Source: Takakia lepidozioides (lineage: Eukaryota; Plantae; Bryophyta). From it: a stretch of 25,000 bases of DNA. The stretch spans positions 1 to 25,000 of the forward strand of contig JAKLZA010000097.1 in NCBI GenBank assembly GCA_030704615.1, written 5' to 3'. The translations under genes and the position numbers were made by a program. Within the stretch, counting starts at the first letter, position 1; each line of letters begins with the position of its first letter. This document shows positions 20,950 to 25,000 of this stretch, one piece after another. The notes beneath the pieces are model-generated. The model searched no databases. It was given only the letters and a program-made list of their open reading frames with translations, and had not been told where the DNA came from.

Positions 20950-22480
20950 CACAAGGGAACCACGGCAGTGATGGCGGAGGTACCACCAGCCTGCCTATGA
21001 AGTTTCCTAGGAGCCCCCTGGATCTTTGATGAATGGCGGCGTCTTGGTAGAACAAGGAAGTCTCTCTCTCCCTCCCTTTATAAACCCTACCTTTTGAGAC
21101 CAAGCTCTTTTTTCTTGTGCTTGGCAAGACTTTGCTTTGGTTAAGGTAGCAGTGTTGTGGTGCTGGCAGAGACCTCCCTGCACGGTTAGGCTTGTGGAGA
21201 GATGACGACTCTCCCCCAAACAGTACAAAAGGTTTTTTTTTCTGTTTGTCTTGCTTCCCTACTTTCTTTGGCATTCTCTGCGCTTAGATTGAAGTGTATT
21301 TGACCTCAATAGCAAGTGTGGAAGCCTGCTACTCACCTCGTGCATCCTCACTAACTCACAATGCGTTGTGGTTGTTTTTGGGACGGGCACAGGTGAGGGC
21401 TTCCACTTAATATTCTTGATGTCTAGGTGCTGCTGGATGCCAAGTGGGATTGCAGAGCAGGGGAAAGAATTGTTTGCCAGGGACTCATCTTAAAATGTTG
21501 AAAAATTGAACTACTCTATGGTTTTTCTTGATCCTACCTCTTTCATTTTTTTATCTTTGAAGAACAAGTGTAATGCTTTCTACGATGGGCTATTTCGGCC
21601 CAGCCAATGGAAAACCTGTGCTTTGTTGTGACAGCCGGGTTTATGATGGCTTGTGTGAGAGACACACATCTGTTTTCCAGGCCCTAGTTTGCTTTGCTTA
21701 CCTTATGGTAGTTGGAAACAAATTGAGAGGCTGCAAGGAACTGTTTGCTGCAGCTACTCGGGTACCCATGTTGATAAAATGCCCTTGTTATGTTCCAACC
21801 CGGATGGCTTTGTTAGCTAGATGCTTAGGCCAGGGTATGGTGAAGTTTCTGCCTGTGGCTATTTGGTTGACACTGAAATATGGCAACAATATATCTGGTA
21901 ACTGGTTTTTGAGGCAGCCAGGGTGGTCAAGTGGAAATACCCCCTAGACATGGTGTAATGACATGGTCAAATGTGAAATGATGTGAATAGGGTGTATTGA
22001 CAGTATCATATACTGTCACAGGATGTGTATGCAGTCCGTTATCTTTACCTTGCTGTGTCATGAACTTTGATTTTCAGTTGTAGCAAGAAATAAAGGTATA
22101 GGGATATTCTGGAAAACTTACCAGACATATCCACCTCCCCTGTGGGGGCAAGCTGTGCCGTAGACCAATCTAAGCAAATATTGGTAGGGCAAGGTATTTA
22201 AACCTGTGATATCCAAGTGTTTTTTTTGCTTTGTTTTTTTTTTTAAACCCTCCATGACACCTATGGGGTTTGAGTAAGTATGCTTGGATTACAGCTTGCG
22301 GACAGTAAATCTGTATGACCATTTGGCTTGCACCACATCAAGGCCAAAATATGGCCAAGTACCCGCCATCCCACCCAGACCTCTGAATGTGTATCATGAT
22401 CATGATTGGTGGTCAATCAGCATCAGTGGCATACTCTTTGGGTTTAAGCACGGGCTGATCTCTCTCTCCCTTGTGTGGTA
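20950..22480 (+). repeat. Diverged copy of the upstream region of the same repeat family as 23120-24780 (inverted)
   Basis: Clear similarity at 21310-21410 vs 24354-24460; patchy similarity at 20960-21060 vs 24650-24770 and 21618-21685 vs 24065-24140. Right boundary uncertain. Confidence 0.55.
21318..21406 (+). ncRNA. Candidate conserved structured RNA hairpin, copy 1
   Basis: Stems GTGGAAGCC/GGCTTCCAC, CTCACCT/AGGTGAG, GTGC/GCAC and CACAA/TTGTG; covaries with copy 2. Confidence 0.6.
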
Positions 22481-22714
22481 GGAACGCCGCGCAGAGGCGT
22501 GATCTAAACGTGCGGAAGAGAGTGAGAGCCGTGGTGAGCGGGGGAGAGACGCCCTGCAGTGGCGGGGACCCGCACCATTGGCAGCCGCGATAGCACCGCA
22601 GCAGCTCGCCGCGCCAGCTCACTTGAAGCACCAGCACCAGCAGTAGCCGCAGCAGCAGAGGCATGTCAGGGCAATTGCACTCTCCCTTTCCTCTCTGCTT
22701 CTGTTTATTGTTCA

Positions 22715-23105
22715 AAGGTAGTCTTCTGCCCAAAGTTTAAATTTCGGTCTGGTGCCAAGAGTGGGATAGACCCTTGAGCGCATCCATGATGTCCTCCCCC
22801 ATGTCACAGACTGGAAACAAGTTCAGGGAAGTTTTTTTCCTAACTTTATTTTCATCGGACAATTTTTTGGTAACAAACATGGCTTTGGACACTACACTCT
22901 CTAAGTCAGGTTTATCCAGCAAGGTCAAGACTTGCGGGTCCAGATTCAGATATTTGAGAATCTCTTCTACTCTCTACTCCCAGGGCTTATCCTGTTTGAC
23001 AAGGCGGTCATGTTTCCAAGATATAGAGTCGATTAACTTAGGATATCTGGTGTTGGACATATGTTGCATCTGAACCCACCATCTGACCTTGAATTTATCT
23101 CGTCG
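22715..23105 (-). mobile_element. Non-LTR retrotransposon (LINE) fragment, region C-terminal to RT
   Basis: One frame reads RDKFKVRWWVQMQHMSNTRYPKLI...PWE*RVEEILKYLNL...KKTSLNLF, resembling the post-RT W..M...RxPK...W...KxSL pattern of LINE ORF2; two stops. Confidence 0.55.
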
Positions 23106-23119
23106 GGAGCTTAAAAGAG

Positions 23120-24780
23120 AGCAACACAGAAGAGAGGAAAGATATTCATGTCATGTCAAGACATAGACAAGACTTAGTAAAAGTCATTGTCAAGAAAAAT
23201 GACATAGCAGCCTCATTACAAGGCATTGTCAAACATCTCCTTAGATGTACAATCCCAGAAAAAAGATCCTTAAATTACAAGGTATCCTTATATCATCATG
23301 TTAACATTTCCCCTCCATAAATAGTTCATCTTAAATAAAAGAGACTGGATTTCAAAGTTCTTGAAATCATAGGGTGGGAGGGTGGGGTCTTTTAAAAAAA
23401 CAAACACATAGCATGAGCCTGTAGGGTTTTGAAGAATATATGCACGTTTGCATACAGTCAATCAATCAAAGTCTGAACCACTTTATTTAAATCATACTGA
23501 GTTTTAAATAAGAGTTGTAAGTGTTTCAGTGGCTTACAACAACCAAACAGAGGGCAAATGTTGTGATGATCATACAAAAACCTGTAAGTCATTACCATGT
23601 CACATTCCCCATCTCTGGGGGGAGCTTAAGAATACAGTTTGTAATCAAAAAAGCCCTTCAAAAATACTGGCTTGGTAATTCCAGGGTTCAAATAGCTTAA
23701 ACAAGTATGTTGTAAGCTCAACAGGTCTTCGAGAAAACCATTCTAGCAGGCCTAAGAGTGAGAGCTTTGATGAAAACAATTCCCTATTACAGCTTTAAAG
23801 GACTTGTATGTTCCTAAAAGCACAAGCTGAACTGATTGTACTTCCATAAATAGATGCAGGGCTAGGGTATGTATCCCAGGGCCTTATCCAAAATACTACC
23901 AAGTTTTAGAGAGATCCTAAAAAATACCAGTCTGTAATGAGGTTATAATCTCCATGGGGGAGCCTGAAAGAATGTATGTGTTCTTAAAAAGGCTTACCCA
24001 ATGCCTTACTTAATACATTCTAAACTGGTGAGGCATAAACAACACTGTCTGACTCTCCAAAAGGCCAGAAAACAGGTCTGGAAAAATGCATCCAATGTCA
24101 CACTTGCACCACCAAACCCTTGTCATCACAACCAGCCCGAACCTTCACAATAAGGTCTGATTTCTAGGAGGTCCAGCCCATTTACTTCCCTGACTTAACA
24201 AATTTGGTACCAAGAACCAGAAATCAAAGTAAAGGTTAAAGGCATATCCCCCTTGAAGCAGCTTTGAAGCAAAAAATTGCAACAACGGCAGCTTGCAACA
24301 TATCTTATCCCTCCTGCAGTAACCAGATCATCTGCAAGCCAAAGAGTTCATGCCAAGTGAAATCCCTCACCTGCGCCCGTCCCAAAAACAAACAAACAAA
24401 ATGTTTTGTGCGTTAGTGAGGATGCGCGAGGTGAATTACAGGATTTCACAGTTGCTATCCATATCAGGTATGAGCCATAAAGCATGCAGAGATCACAGAA
24501 CCAGCAGAAGAAAGCATAGATGTGACACCACAAAGAACCTCAATCTTTTGTGGAGTAGGACGTTGCGGTGTTCATCATCTGAATTTGAACGAGCACAACA
24601 GAATGCAACGGGAGGAGAGTTGAGGATAGGTTGTATCTTGATAATACAGGTCGCTTCCCCATCTCCATAACCGCCGTTGCTTCATCAATGAGGAAAAACA
24701 TAGGCAAATACAACAGTATGTCATTTGCCATCGCGGGAGATGAAAGTGCCTGCCGTCATCGCGCGTTCCAAAAACAAGAA
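23120..24780 (-). mobile_element. Decayed 5' portion of a second copy of the putative Penelope-like family
   Basis: Minus strand 23200-23130 (TTTCTTGACAATGAC...GTCTTGTCTATGTCTTGACATGACA...TATCTTTCCTCTC) matches plus 18280-18348 (TTTCATGACAACGAC...GTCATGTCTTTGTCTTGACATGACA...TATCTTCCCTCTC). Confidence 0.5.
24357..24449 (-). ncRNA. Candidate conserved structured RNA hairpin, copy 2
   Basis: Minus-strand stems GTGAAATCC/GGATTTCAC, TTCACCT/AGGTGAG, GCGC/GCGC and ACAAAA/TTTTGT. Confidence 0.6.
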
Positions 24781-25000
24781 CACACCCGCTCAGATCTTGC
24801 TGCTCAAGCATTCAGCCGCCATCGCCCTCTTCCAGAGAAAAAAACACGCACGATATCGTGCTGTGTCTAGGGCAGAGAGACATTTAAGGAAAACCTCCCG
24901 CGATTTCATCCACCATCCGGTATGGATGATATCAGACCAGGATGAAAAATGGGCATTCAATAGGTTTAAATCAAAGGAGCATAAACTTAAAATGCATCGA

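Noticed and set aside
21025-21060. TTGATGAA conserved in both repeat copies (also ~24676-24683, minus) as a decayed hammerhead core CUGAUGA
   Set aside because: No stem II followed by GAAA and no stem I/III pairing in either copy.
21318-21406. Hairpin as a SECIS element (some Naiad PLEs encode selenoproteins)
   Set aside because: No AUGA/GA non-Watson-Crick quartet with an apical AA, and land plants lack the Sec machinery; nearby TGA codons are accompanied by TAA/TAG stops typical of C-to-T decay.
23200-24260. Long minus-strand frame with protein-like stretches
   Set aside because: About 14 stops in ~350 codons and no recognisable domain, so it cannot be called a CDS by eye.
24848-24861. 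Palindrome GCACGATATCGTGC and nearby TTCATCC/GGATGAA motifs
   Set aside because: Too short and too near the window edge to assign; possibly the end of another repeat.

Overview
Eukaryotic nuclear DNA from a land plant; GT-AG introns, TTTAGGG telo-boxes and the protein and TE content suggest a non-seed plant such as a bryophyte (inference). The left part holds one 17-exon + strand gene (2411-10516) for GPI ethanolamine-phosphate transferase 2 (PIG-G/GPI7), with an apparent 1-nt frameshift or 47-nt micro-intron in exon 12. The rest (about 10.9-25 kb) is a stack of decayed transposons. It contains two nested hAT-type non-autonomous elements with 8-bp TSDs and tRNA-like cassettes, and a Ty3/Gypsy pol split by a solo LTR with a 5-bp TSD. 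It also contains an intron-containing CACTA transposase fragment, a TTAA-flanked piggyBac-like MITE, a LINE fragment, and pieces of what looks like a Naiad/Chlamys-type Penelope-like retroelement. The most novel signal is a ~90-nt hairpin present in two diverged, inverted copies (21318-21406 and 24357-24449) with compensatory base-pair changes. All assignments are by eye and from remembered family motifs; no searches were run.
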